From: Eledone cirrhosa
Taxonomy: Eukaryota
Assembly (NCBI GenBank): GCA_964016885.1
Contig: OZ024740.1
Location: 281,480,001 to 281,544,000 of the forward strand
Length of the DNA stretch: 64,000 nt
Direction of reading: 5' to 3'
This document shows positions 12,656-25,094 of the stretch, piece by piece. Below the pieces are notes generated by a model. The model was not told the origin of the DNA, did not search any database, and worked only from the letters and a program-made list of their open reading frames with translations. Within the stretch, counting starts at the first letter, position 1, and the number at the start of each line of letters is the position of its first letter. The translations under genes were made by a program, and so were the position numbers.

Positions 12656-13223
12656 TGAACAAAGGACTACCTTTGGGATGGACGTAGAAAAATTCTTCAG
12701 GAAAAAAAGAAGAAAAAAATAATTATTCACAAACTTGACAGGTGCGATTTGCCTGTGACCATTCTCAACACAAAAGCTATACTAAAAGCTTTTTCCCCTG
12801 AATAAAGGAATTTTTCGAAAATCACCGGGGCAGGCCGCACTTGCTACATTTCTCCCCACCAACCCTACTCACCGTCTCAACTCATTACTGCTATGAACAC
12901 TTTTTCAACACACCTACACCCATGCACTTATTAAAGGGGGAGAAAAGAAACCCCCACCACACCACAGACATGTTAAATCCCTATATATAGAACAACACAC
13001 CACATACACATCAGTTTGACAAGCGCACCTTAGCGTGAAAGGTCTTTCTAAAAACGAAACAATACCTCCTACGTTAACCAAGAACTCCTAAGACCTAACC
13101 AACAACCAAGAACTTAATTTATAAAATAATTTTTTTAGGAAAAATTCTTTTTGGATTTTGTGAAGAAAATAAATTTGTTGAAAGCACAAATGAAGCCATT
13201 TTTTCTTCCCCCTTGTCTTAATA

Positions 13224-13297
<74 letters not shown>

Positions 13298-13422
13298 GAC
13301 AGGGGGGAAGAAAAAATGGCTTCACTTGTGCTTTCAACAAATTTATTTTCTTCACAAAATCCAAAAAGAATTTTTCCTAAAAAAATTATTTTATAAATTA
13401 AGTTCTTGGTTGTTGGTTAGGT

Positions 13423-13555
<133 letters not shown>

Positions 13556-13578
13556 GTATATATATATAAATATATAAA

Positions 13579-13816
<238 letters not shown>

Positions 13817-13947
13817 GTAAAGTTATATTTAAAATTGTTGGGTTACAACTAGTAAATATTTATAACTGATATAAAAGCACTCGACAAATATTTGGAGTAT
13901 ATTTACAATATTAAATAAATGGAAAACTATATTTATAAAACCATATT

Positions 13948-14013
13948 TATTTCATTATATATATTTCGGGGATATCATATTAACAATATGCTATGCCTTC
14001 ATCAGACAAAATA
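13948..14013 (-). ncRNA. Type I hammerhead motif (pLTR copy 1)
   Basis: Reverse complement of 16452-16517. Confidence 0.65.
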
Positions 14014-15470
14014 CAATATAAACAGTTTTATAGATAAATAGATTCGACATACCGTAATAAACATCGACTTCATTTGAAGAGGTTTACGCTAGCAGTGAAA
14101 ATTTTATACAGAGAGAAAGAAAGAGAGAAAAAAAGACAAAACGAAGAAAAGGAAGAAAAAGAAGAAAAAGAAAAAGAAGAAATGCATGGAACAAAATAGA
14201 GAGATGGAAAGATAGATAAAGCGAAGAGCTTCATGTAAAGAAACAGAAAGAGATATATATATAGAGAGAGAGAGGAAATAGAGATAGATACATATATATA
14301 TAGAAAGTTAGGTAGTGGGAGGTCATTTTGAGTAAGTGTATCAATGATACATTTATTTATTTATTTAATTAATTAGCTCAAGTATTAATGTAAGGGAGAT
14401 ATATAGAGAGAGAGAGGAAAAAAAAATATAGAGAGAGGAAAAAAATAGCGAGAGAAAAAATTTAAAAATAGCCAGACATATTCGAGGCGTAAAAAAACCT
14501 ATGTTTTAATGTATTAATATTTATAAAACTTACACTATATTGTAAATATCAGTATTCCTGAATGAAACAAGTATCAATAATGTGTGAAAATTAATTATCT
14601 TATGTTTAGTTTTAAAAAATTCATATGTTTATGTGACAGCTACAAATATCCATGCGAATCCAACTGATTCACTCTGCAAACTCTAGGTTACCGGAAAACA
14701 TTCTCAATGTGGTATAAAAATTTGAGCGTATTATTATTCCTGTCATTATTCTACAAGATTATCTATCAAGCAGAAATAGAAAGCAGATTTCAATATACTA
14801 ATAAAAATATATATTGTATTATAAACAAAACTAAAAATAAAAAAGATAACAATAATAATAATAAGTAAAAATATAGAATAGAAAAAATATTACGAAAGAA
14901 TATTACATAATAAAAATATTACATATTAAAAATATTACGTATTAAAAAATATTACGTATTAAAAATTTACATATTAAAGATATTAAAAATAATATTAAAG
15001 ATATTAAAAATAAAATAAAAATAAAAAATAAAAATATTATAGAATAGAATACTACAATACTAAAAAATAAAAATAAAAATAAAAATAAAAATAAAAATAA
15101 AAATAAAAAATAAACCACATAGAACAACCCTTCAAAGTTAATTGACAATATATTGCCAAATTCATTACAAGACAAAGCCAAAAATTATCTATCAAATCAC
15201 ATCTAGCAAAGAACATTTCAAAAAGATTATGATGTCCAATTAGGTTTACATATGTTCTTATATTTAATATAGAAGTTTATTTAGTGTAAGGTTAATTCAA
15301 AAAATTTGGAGCATCAGCTTTTAGGGTAGCTTAATTTTTCATGAGGAATGTTTAGATAAAAATAAAATAAAAATAAACAATAAAAAGAGTAAAAAGAGGG
15401 AATCAAAGATTTAGGAATCAAAAAATTTTATCGGCTAGTTCCCGTATAAATATAAATCAAACTAAATATA

Positions 15471-16110
15471 CTACATTTTAAATTTAAATTTATATTTAAA
15501 CGTTGAGTTTAATCTATGTTTGCAACAACAGAATAAATTTGTCCGTAGGTTAAGGGAATTTTTAGATTTTAGTATAAAGAATATCTCCTCTGCGCAGAGG
15601 TCACATGTCTCAGAGGATGAATTAAAAGGAATCCCTCTTGAGACAATATTCCAAGCCGTCGAATATCTAACGTTATCTAGCTTAAGTTGCCAGAGTACGC
15701 CTGATAGTGCCGTTGAAGATTTTTTACTTGGATCTGTGAAAGAATTCTTGTGGTTATTATAGCGAAGTTTAAATTCCGTCGATGTGGAACCGACGTAGTT
15801 AAAAGAATTAGAGTCAGTATTAACATTACAATTGTATACTATATTTTTAACTAAGCAGTTGTTATTTAACGGACATTTAGATCTATCTCTACAGTTACAT
15901 TTGTTAACTTGTATATTATTTATGCTATTATCAGTAGGTTTTAAGTTCCTATTATTTATTCTATTAATATTTTGTGCTAAATTTTTGGTGGATGAGTAGG
16001 TTAATTTAATTGTATGCCTATTGAAGATTGAGTGATACCTATGTGTTCTAGGGAAGCGATTATCAAGAGCTTTGAAAAATAATTTAGCGATGTATAATGC
16101 ATCTTGTATA
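15471..16110 (-). pseudogene. PLE C-terminal fragment with GIY-YIG endonuclease
   Basis: RFPRTHRYHSIFNRHTIKLTYS, CNCRDRSKCPLNNNCL (CxCx5C), IVY...YVGSTS, RYNNHKNSF, CDLCAEE. Confidence 0.85.
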
Positions 16111-16256
16111 ATGCACGAGTTGGAAATTGAGAACAGAACACAACCTTTCGTGCCCAGGAAACCGAAGATCAATATGAAGGACCACAAGAGGAATTTTGAA
16201 AATGACCTGCCAGTTAGATTGATCGCACCTTAAAATCGGACCTGGGCAAATTAAGC
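16111..16256 (+). pseudogene. Inverted fragment of PLE RT N-terminal region
   Basis: Translates as MHELEIENRTQPFVPRKPKINMKDHKRNFENDLPVRLIAP then, after a frameshift, KSDLGKLS; aligns by eye with IDDRTQP...LKNHK...IRLICPSKSDTGKI of the 33364-34989 ORF. Confidence 0.7.
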
Positions 16257-16451
16257 ATTTCTTCTTTTTCTTTTTCTTTTTCTTTTTCTTTTTCTTTTTC
16301 TTCTTTTTCTTCCTTTTCTTCGTTTTGTCCTTTTTTTCTCTCTTTCTTTCGCTCTGTATAAAATTTTCACTGCTAGCGTAAACCTCTTCAAATGAAGTCG
16401 ATGTTTATTACGGTATGTCGAATCTATTTATCTATAAAACTGTTTATATTG

Positions 16452-16517
16452 TATTTTGTCTGATGAAGGCATAGCATATTGTTAATATGATATCCCCGAA
16501 ATATATATAATGAAATA
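16452..16517 (+). ncRNA. Type I hammerhead motif (pLTR copy 2)
   Basis: tattttgt-CTGATGA-aggcatagcatatt-gtt-aatatgatatcccc-GAAA-tatata-TA-atgaaata; stem I pairs with two GU pairs, stem II has mismatches. Confidence 0.65.
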
Positions 16518-16555
16518 AATATGGTTTTATAAATATAGTTTTCCATTTATGTAAT

Positions 16556-16705
<150 letters not shown>

Positions 16706-16846
16706 ATTCTGTGATTTGTGTGTGGATATTTATTTTCAGTTATTCTCTCTTATAACTTTTCGCATTTTCCAACAGATGTTTTACATCTTCAAACTTTTTC
16801 AACTTGATTCCCGGCATTAGATCTTTATCATTATTTACCAGCACTA

Positions 16847-17068
16847 GGGTGGTGGGTTGGTAGTATCGGTAGAGGGTCAGATGCCATGTTTTGCAGCATA
16901 GATTTACGCCCTTTTATGATCTCAGTTCAAATCCCGCCGAGGTTAACTTTTCCTTTCATCCTTACGGTGTCGACAAAATAAAGCACCAGTTACGCACTGG
17001 GGTCGATTTAATCGACTTTCCCCTCCCCCAAATTACTGGCCTTGTGCCTATAGTAGAAATCATTATTT
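16847..17068 (+). mobile_element. Full-length tRNA-derived SINE
   Basis: A-box-like tggtagtatcgg, B-box gttcaaatcc, 3' ccttgtgcctatagtagaaatcattattt; diverged ~17-bp TSD cattatttaccagcact / cattatttaacaccact. Confidence 0.9.
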
Positions 17069-18242
17069 AACACCACTTCAGATACTCTGTGACTGGTTAG
17101 ATCAATGTTGTTAACTCTTGAACAGTTGGATGTCACCGGTTACAGAAAAAGCAAGTGCAAGGGGATTTAAAGGTTTGACGTTCTGCAAAGGACGAACAGT
17201 ATGTGGGGCCTGGAGGTGAGAATATAATATGGGCGAATAGAAGAGGATTGATGACAGTGTCATGGAGTTGTTGCGTGAGCAATTAGATCCAAGGGTCAAA
17301 GGTGACACTAGTAACAATAGAAAAGGCAGAGATAGTATGTAGTCAACGGCTGGAGTATGTTGGTCAGCTACGTCATGCCAGTGTGTTTTGTTTTCTTTTT
17401 GCCACAAAAAATTCATCTCGAACGGTTGAAGTTATTGTTAAAAAAATTGTTTTCGCTGAATGTTTTGCCAAAATATTGGTCTTTTTCCTTTGCAAAAAAT
17501 ACAAGAAATCAATTGAGTTTGAAGTTTTTCTCTTTTTAATTATGCTTTAAAAATATAACGCAAACATTTTTTTTTAAACTAACAAACAAAAATATATCGA
17601 ATTGCTACAAATAGTTAGAGCAGGTTTTTGATCAGTGAGATTAAACATCTCACCCCAGTGCTAAGGTCTTCGAAAATTGTACGAGATGAAACGTGAATTT
17701 AAATACTTTACTATGTCTATGGTGAAATTTATTTTTGTGTTTTTCTTAGTTGCTTAAAAGCTGTCTATGTTATCATTACGTATAACAGCGAATGTTTAAC
17801 GAATGCATGAGGTAAATTCTAACCTGTTGACTTCTACTTCATTATTATACCTATACACCAGAGCATGTAGACCTACATGTATACGCCGTCAAGTGTTCTG
17901 TCTTTTCGTACACTAGCTTCGGTTGTTTCACTAACGCATATTATACCAAGTATGTATGTATATATATAGGCTTTTACTCTTTTACCTGTTCCAGCCATCC
18001 TTGAAATTAGTACAGCGTTCCTTTGTCTGTGTTGAACAAACGAGCACCGATGGTTGCCAAACACTACGGCTTAATACGGGATGTTTGTTTACAAACACGT
18101 CGAGCATTATAATAAATGTTCGGTGAATCCATATGTACATATATATATATATATGTGCATATATGTATATATATATACATACTACTGTACGTCCGTATAC
18201 ATATATGTATGTACGTATACATACTTATATTTATATAAATAT

Positions 18243-18314
<72 letters not shown>

Positions 18315-18532
18315 AAAGAATAGAGGTGTAACACACGAGTTATGATATATTGGTAAAAGGAAAAGAAAATGCTGACAAATTGTTCCCAATGAAAAATGGT
18401 TTAATTAGGAATAAGTAAAAATTAGTAATGGTTAGTGTTCAGTTTTGGTTTTAAGTTTTACCGGTTGCGCATTTCCAATGCTTTTCAAAAATAATTTTGA
18501 GATAGAGCGCCCGTGATGTTTGCTCTAATCGA

Positions 18533-18602
18533 CAGGGTCGATAAAATAAAGTACCAGTAATGTACTGGGATAATTGCTGGCCTTGTGCCAAAAGTAGAAA
18601 CA

Positions 18603-18604
<2 letters not shown>
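18533..18604 (+). mobile_element. 3' fragment of SINE (mirror of 2296-2366)
   Basis: gggtcgataaaataaagtaccag...agtagaaacaattatt. Confidence 0.85.
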
Positions 18605-18635
<31 letters not shown>

Positions 18636-18775
18636 TGCATTTATCTTGCTTTATGTTCATACGAGTTATCACCAAGTCACAACCAGTGACCTCAAGAGAC
18701 AACAAGGTCCGCCATGTTCAAGAAAGAACATACATATTCACACATGCATCCTTAGTGTTTAGACTTGTGATGTAC

Positions 18776-20146
18776 TTATATTGACAGGATCTTCCTTAGT
18801 ATATGGGCAGTTCCCATTAGTACTATCTTTTGTATTTCTCCTATACGCGGGTTTCCTGGGATTTGCGATAAGTAGTCGTTAGACCCCTTAGGTATCATTC
18901 CCAGAGCGCCTACAACCACTGGTATTGTTTTAGTTCTCAATTTCCACATTTTTCCAATTTCTATCTCCAGGTCCTTATACTTGCTCAATTTTTCAAATGT
19001 TTTTATAGATGCATTCTTGTCTATTGGAACAGACATATCAATTAGCAGGCATACCCTCCTTTGAAAGTCCTTCAATATTATATCAGGTCTATTTGCATCT
19101 ATTTTTCGGTCTGTTTGGATGCTAAAGTTCCACAAGATTGAGATGTGATCTTTTTCAAGTATGGGAGGTGGTTGATGCTCCCACCAATTCTTTTGATGGG
19201 GCAGGTCAAAATGCTTACACATTATCCAATGTATGTATTGTGCAGCTCTGTCATGCCTCTTTAGGTATTTGGTTGGAGCTATAGGACTGCACATTGAAAT
19301 TATATGGTCAATGGTCTCTGGTTGTTTTTTGCATACACGGCATAATGGGCTGCACCCATTTTTTATTATGTTGGCTTGGTAATTTTTTGTTGGCAGACAC
19401 TGATCTGGTGCCGATATAATCAGTCCTTCAGTCTCCGATTTCAGTCCAGAGGATGCCAACCACTGATGGGTTAACGTTTTGTCAACATCAGGATTGTTTG
19501 CTCGCTCTGGGTATTTTCCATACAGAGGCTTTTCTTGCCATTTCTTAGCCAGTTTCTGTAGCAGTTCTTTCTTTGCAGTTACTTTTACCTGCTTTGCTTT
19601 TTCTGTGTTTTCCATTTCAGCAGTAAATGGAACTTCTGAAATTTGTAGTCCATTACTGTATCTTTGTGCATCTTTTGTAATGGAATATGATCTTTTGGTG
19701 CTTTCGTGTTTCAAAACGAGTTTGATCATCCAATCATGTGATTCCCTTAGATATGTGGATAATCCAATTGTTGCAGTTTTCAACGCAATGTCTAACTGGA
19801 TTAACCCACGTCCTCCTTCTTTCCTAGGGAGATATATTCTATCTATGTCTGCCTTAGGGTGATGCATTCTGTGCATGGTTAAGAATTTTCGGATTTTTGT
19901 ATCGAGCCTACGGATCTCTGTGCTTGACCAGTTGATGACATTGTAACTGTAGGTTACTACTGGTATAGCAAGCGTGTTTATGGCATCGATCCTATTCCTT
20001 GCATTCAATTCCGTTCTTAAGATTGCTCTGACTCTGCGGTAACATTCCTTCCTTATCCTTTCCCTCATTGTCGAGTGCTTGATTCCGTCTCCTTCACAAA
20101 CACCTAGATATTTGTAAGTTTTTTCTTGATCAAGCTCTCTTATCAC
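18776..20146 (-). pseudogene. Mirror copy of the truncated R4/Dong family B ORF
   Basis: 456 aa, near-identical to 753-2123. Confidence 0.88.
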
Positions 20147-20206
20147 GTTCCCCCGATCAAGATTAATGTCTGAACTCTTCAGCAGCTTTCCTCTGGTGAA
20201 CGTTGC

Positions 20207-20242
<36 letters not shown>

Positions 20243-20283
20243 ATTATTATTATTATTAATATTATTATTATTGTTATTGTTAT

Positions 20284-23200
20284 TCCTTGAATCTCAGTCA
20301 TTGATGTTGGTTAACTGGAAAGTCCGTTGGATTGAATATCAAGCCACTACCTGCAGCCTCAGATATTCAGGACGTATCGGAGGGTTCTTGCCGTTCCAAG
20401 CAAGCATGCCTTTTGAAGCGTTCCAAAAAGCGTGAAGGGGCCGATTTTCTTTAACCATCCCTGGAAACCTTTGGAGATAGTCCCCAGTGCGCCTATGACA
20501 ATCGGGATCACTTGGACTTCATGGCAGTTCCAAATCCTTTTCACCTCCCACTTTAGGTCCTGGTATCGGTTAATTTTCTCCCTCTCCTTCTCTTGCACTC
20601 TCGTGTCGAACGGGCAGGCCACATCCACAATCAGGCACGATCTTTTTTCTTTGTCCACAACCACCAGGTCAGGTCTATTGTGTTCCAGTTTTTTGTCCGT
20701 CTGTATCCTAAAATCCCACAGCACCTTCACCTGACTGTTCTCCATCACCGCCTCTGGCCTATGCTCATACCATTTCTCAGAATGTGGTAGATTGTTTACT
20801 TTGCACAGGTGCCAGTGGATGACCCTGCCCATCACATCGTGTCTCCAGCCCTTATAGTGGGTCTGGGCTAGGTGTTTACACTCGGACACAATGTGAGCCA
20901 CAGTCTCCTCTCTCTCTCCACAGATCCTGCACAGTGGGCTAGCCTCCTCCTTGTAGATATGGTGCTTCAACCACTTCGTTTTGAGGGCCTGCTCCTGCGC
21001 AGCCATTAGCATTCCTTCTGTAGCCTTTTTGAGGTCTCCTCTTCTCAACCAGCTCCATGTCTGTGGATCTCTAAATTCAGTTTTCTCAAAGAAGGTACTA
21101 TGAAGGGATTTTCCCTTAAGGCTGCTCTTCCTCCTTGATGTTATTTCCTCCTTGGATATCCCCTGGCCTACTGTCCCCTCCTTCAGTACAGCTCTGAGCA
21201 TTGGCTCCTTACTATAGGTCACGTATTTGTATAGGTTGTTTTTCTCCATCTGAACACAGTCCTCTATGCTGATAAGACCCCTTCCACCCTCAGATCTCCT
21301 TAGGTAGAGTCTATCGACATCACTCCTCTTGTGGAACATGTTGTAGATAGTCAATAGCTTCCTAGTCTTCCTATCCATTTCTTTTTGTTCAGCAACATTC
21401 CATCTCAGAATTCCCGCACTGTACCTAATAATAGACACAGCTCGGGAATTTACTGCGCTTATGGCATTTCTGCTGTTCAGATGTGACTTCAATACGCTCC
21501 TTACTCTCCGAATGTATTCAGTTCTTAACAATTCCTTCATTTTTTTGTTCTTTATGCCATCAGCCTCCAGAACGCCCAAATACTTGTATCCTTCCTCAGA
21601 GTCAATTTCCTTTATCATCTCACCTGTTGGTATCTGGATCCCGTTACTTCTGCTCAACCTACCCCTCCTCATCACAATGACTCCACATTTACCAATACCA
21701 AACTGCATACATATATCACTGCTGAAAATACGGACAGTGTCAACAAGCACATCCAACTCCTTCTCACATTTCCCGAAGAGCTTAAGATCGTCCATGAAGA
21801 GGAGGTGATTGATGGTAAGCTCTCCCCTTCCCAACTTGTATCCTGCTCTCACTTTTCGCAGCATAATGGTCAAGGGCATCAGGGCAAGGACAAACAACAG
21901 AGGGGACAGGCTATCTCCCTGGAAGATACCTCTCTTGATCTTCACGCTTCCCAAGGATACTCCAGTTGATGTCAACTCTGTCTCCCAGGACCCCATACTC
22001 CTGCCCAGCAACTGTCTGATGTTATCTGCCACCCTGAAGATCTCCAGGCTTTTGGTGATCCAGGAATGAGGCACCATGTCAAATGCCTTTCTGTAGTCTA
22101 TCCATCCCATGGCAAGATCAGTGTGTCTCCTCCTGCAATTCCCCATTACCATCTTATCAATAAGCAACTGGTCCTTTGTACCACGTGACTTCTTTCGGCA
22201 TCCTTTCTGTTCGTCCGGCAACAAGTTGTTTGTGTGGAGGTGATGGTAGATTTCCTCAGCCACAATGCTCGTCAACAGTTTCCACATTACGGGCAGACAT
22301 GTGATAGGTCTATAGTTGGTAACATCATTACCCTTGATTCGGTCTTTCATTATCAGAACTGTGGTACCTTTTGTCAACCACTCTGGCACCTCACCCGACA
22401 CCATGCAGTCATTGAACATGGCCGTCAGCTTCGGGTGGAGGGATGTTAAATGTTTAATCCAATACCCCTGCACACCATCTGGGCCTGGTGATTTCCAGTT
22501 GGTTAGTTTTTTGGCTTGCCCCTTAAGAGTTTCAACTGTGATACTCAAATCAGTCTGTTGCTGTGCCTGCTCACCGATCTCCCTCTGTACTGTCTCAATC
22601 CACCCTGCCTGGGCATTGTGTCTAACATCCTGCTCCCATATTCCTCTCCAGAATGTTTTAGCTTGTTCCGCCCCAGGGATCAAGTCGTTGCCTCTTTCTT
22701 TCCCCTCAAGCTGTCCAAACAACATCTTCTGGTTGTTGTCGAACATGCGGTTCTGTTTATACTGACTGACTCTGTTCTCGTATCGCCTGATTTTGGCACT
22801 CTTTGCTACAATGCGTTGCTTCAATTCCTCTATGATAATATTTAGCTTTTTACTCCTAGTTTTGTATTTTATTTCCAGTCTATTTTTAGTGCCTATGTTT
22901 TTTAGTGTCCCATTCAGTAGTGACTCAAGCTTTCCTATGTCATTTCTCATTTCCTCGATTTGCCCACTCAGTCGCTTCTTCCACCACGGCTCTGCTCTTT
23001 CTTGTCTGTTGTTTCCTCTCGCTTTTATACCAAGTAGTTTCCTCACCGTATTTGCTGTTGCTTTGAGGATATTGTTGCACTGGTGAAGACTCCTCGCCTC
23101 AAGGTATGGGATGACTTTGTTTACCTTAGCTGTTGTTTCTTTTAACTTTTTCCTGTCTACAAATCTTAGGTTCATAGGTCTCCCACTATCATTGTTCAAC

Positions 23201-24674
23201 TCATCTACCACTAAATTTAGGATGTCAACCGAATCTTGTCCTAGCCCGTCAGCATTCATCTCCTCAGTGGCCGTATCTCTGTTCCAGGTATTATTTATCT
23301 CAGTATTCAGATCATTGTCTGCTTCGGGTGGTTCCTCCGTTCTCAGGACCTCCTCACCTTCATTTCCCGCCGGCTCGCTTGTCTGGCATACTACACCCGC
23401 CATCTCCAAGCCATTCTCTCTGCTCAGTTCCTCCAGTTCCAGCTCGCTTATCCACCCATTAGTTCTTATTACCCGAGCCTGCCCGGCCAATTTTTGTTCA
23501 TCTAATTTAAATAAACCAATCTCGTTCCAGATGTTATGCATCCGTCTCCTGTAGCCCCTCTCCTTGGGGTTACTTTTCAGGTAGCATTGCATAACAGTTC
23601 TATTCAATTCTTTCGTCCAGTTGGTTCTGGCCCCTTTCCTTCTTCTTCTTCCTCCAACATCAGCAGTATTTGGTTGACAGTCAGGTTCCTGCTGCTGAGC
23701 CAGGGGGCACCTGTTGGGTGAGAGTCTGTCACATGACGTTCTAGTCTCCATTTCACCGTTATTCGAACTGTTTATGTTCGATATTTAAACACTCTTATCG
23801 AGGATTGGCGAATGTATGTTTACATAGCCATCTGTGGATCCGCCATCCCACTTGGCCCTTGTGTGGCATTATCACCACGCTGTATACGGACACACATAAA
23901 CAAACAAACACACGGGCAGAAAGGGCCCCAAAAATGAATAAGCATAAGTTTCATTGTAATGTAGTATTCGAATGTCTGACTTAGTTTTTGTTTTTTAAGT
24001 TTTACTTTCTCCCCCCTCTTCTCTGTCCGTCCGCCTGCTTCTCTCTTCATTCTTATTTTCTTTACGTTTTTGGGGTGTCTTTTTTTGTTTTTGTTTTTCT
24101 CTGTTTGTTTTTCTCGTTTTTTGCTGTTGTTGCTGTGCTGCTTTTGTTGTTTGTTTTTTCTTTTTTTCTTTTGAGTCTATCTATATATTTTGATGCCTTC
24201 CTCTTTGTTAGTAGTAGGAATTCTATAATGTGGAAGTGGCAGCCATCAGAGACTGGCGGCGTTGGCGATACTGAGACAGTGGTGGTGGTGATGTCGATAC
24301 CGAGGCAGTGGTGGCGGTGATGCGACCGTATTACTGTAGTGATGGTGCTGTAGCGGTGGCAGCAGCAGTGAAGGAGTCAAGGGGTGGTGGCGGCGGTGAT
24401 GGGATAGTGGTGGTAATGATGGCCGTAGTGAGCGGTGGCGGTGAAGGTGAAATGCTGTTGTGTTTAGTGTACACAGATGATGGGGTGGGTGGTGTATCTA
24501 GTTTCTGGTGTTGGTGAGTTTCGCTGTCCTATATAGTGTAGCCAGAGGAGAGGAGGGGGGGGGGGTTCTTCTTCTTCCATTTATAGCCATTTTATTTATT
24601 TTTTTTTTTTTTGGATATACAGTGTACAATACAAAGTTGAATATTTGAATATTTGAGCCGTATTACTGTAGTGA

Positions 24675-24675
<1 letters not shown>
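20284..24675 (-). mobile_element. Full-length R4/Dong-like retrotransposon (family A) with ~0.9 kb of 5' sequence, inserted in (TAA)n
   Basis: Single long ORF and short 3' UTR running into aataacaataataat; boundaries defined by the empty site at 573-690. TAA targeting is established for Dong elements. Confidence 0.9.
20359..23751 (-). CDS. Intact R4/Dong polyprotein (RT, CCHC zinc knuckle, restriction-like endonuclease), 1130 aa
   Basis: NWKSPGPDG, NYRPITCL, WIDYRKAFD, GIFQGDSLSP, LFMDDLK, YKYLG, CRICGEREETVAHIVSEC, RHD, RPDLVV...IVDVACP; ATG start and no stops. Confidence 0.95.
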   Translation of the reverse strand: METRTSCDRLSPNRCPLAQQQEPDCQPNTADVGGRRRRKGARTNWTKELNRTVMQCYLKSNPKERGYRRRMHNIWNEIGLFKLDEQKLAGQARVIRTNGWISELELEELSRENGLEMAGVVCQTSEPAGNEGEEVLRTEEPPEADNDLNTEINNTWNRDTATEEMNADGLGQDSVDILNLVVDELNNDSGRPMNLRFVDRKKLKETTAKVNKVIPYLEARSLHQCNNILKATANTVRKLLGIKARGNNRQERAEPWWKKRLSGQIEEMRNDIGKLESLLNGTLKNIGTKNRLEIKYKTRSKKLNIIIEELKQRIVAKSAKIRRYENRVSQYKQNRMFDNNQKMLFGQLEGKERGNDLIPGAEQAKTFWRGIWEQDVRHNAQAGWIETVQREIGEQAQQQTDLSITVETLKGQAKKLTNWKSPGPDGVQGYWIKHLTSLHPKLTAMFNDCMVSGEVPEWLTKGTTVLIMKDRIKGNDVTNYRPITCLPVMWKLLTSIVAEEIYHHLHTNNLLPDEQKGCRKKSRGTKDQLLIDKMVMGNCRRRHTDLAMGWIDYRKAFDMVPHSWITKSLEIFRVADNIRQLLGRSMGSWETELTSTGVSLGSVKIKRGIFQGDSLSPLLFVLALMPLTIMLRKVRAGYKLGRGELTINHLLFMDDLKLFGKCEKELDVLVDTVRIFSSDICMQFGIGKCGVIVMRRGRLSRSNGIQIPTGEMIKEIDSEEGYKYLGVLEADGIKNKKMKELLRTEYIRRVRSVLKSHLNSRNAISAVNSRAVSIIRYSAGILRWNVAEQKEMDRKTRKLLTIYNMFHKRSDVDRLYLRRSEGGRGLISIEDCVQMEKNNLYKYVTYSKEPMLRAVLKEGTVGQGISKEEITSRRKSSLKGKSLHSTFFEKTEFRDPQTWSWLRRGDLKKATEGMLMAAQEQALKTKWLKHHIYKEEASPLCRICGEREETVAHIVSECKHLAQTHYKGWRHDVMGRVIHWHLCKVNNLPHSEKWYEHRPEAVMENSQVKVLWDFRIQTDKKLEHNRPDLVVVDKEKRSCLIVDVACPFDTRVQEKEREKINRYQDLKWEVKRIWNCHEVQVIPIVIGALGTISKGFQGWLKKIGPFTLFGTLQKACLLGTARTLRYVLNI

Positions 24676-24747
<72 letters not shown>

Positions 24748-25094
24748 ATTATTGGCGATCTACGTAGTAAATCGTATCATCGTGGGCTCCGCAAAGGTTT
24801 GTTGTTTCCGTTTGTTAAAAATTGCCATTTATGGAAAATTTTGTTGTTAACTGTATATAAGCGCACATACATTGTTTTCCAAAAAGGACACCCAAAAAGA
24901 TTGGGGCCTTGTGCCCAAAATTTAAACTTTTATGATTATCAAAAAATTTCTTTGAAAAAAAATGGGTAAATCATCTCTGCACCAAGCAGCTGAGAGCTAT
25001 TCCTCATAAACTAACACCTCACACCGGCACCACCATTTTAAATATTACTACGTTTGCCAACACTAAAAATTTAATCAGTAGCAATATTTTAAAT

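Noticed and set aside
16847-16940. tRNA gene suggested by A and B boxes
   Set aside because: No cloverleaf or poly-T terminator; continues into a SINE body and tail and is present in many copies.
20432-23721. Numerous antisense ORFs over the Dong, Tx1 and PLE coding regions
   Set aside because: Shadow frames of real ORFs with no recognisable motifs.
23752-23900. HDV-like ribozyme in the Dong 5' UTR (also 46608-46745)
   Set aside because: Plausible for RLE elements, but I could not assemble the nested double pseudoknot by eye; it needs a descriptor search.
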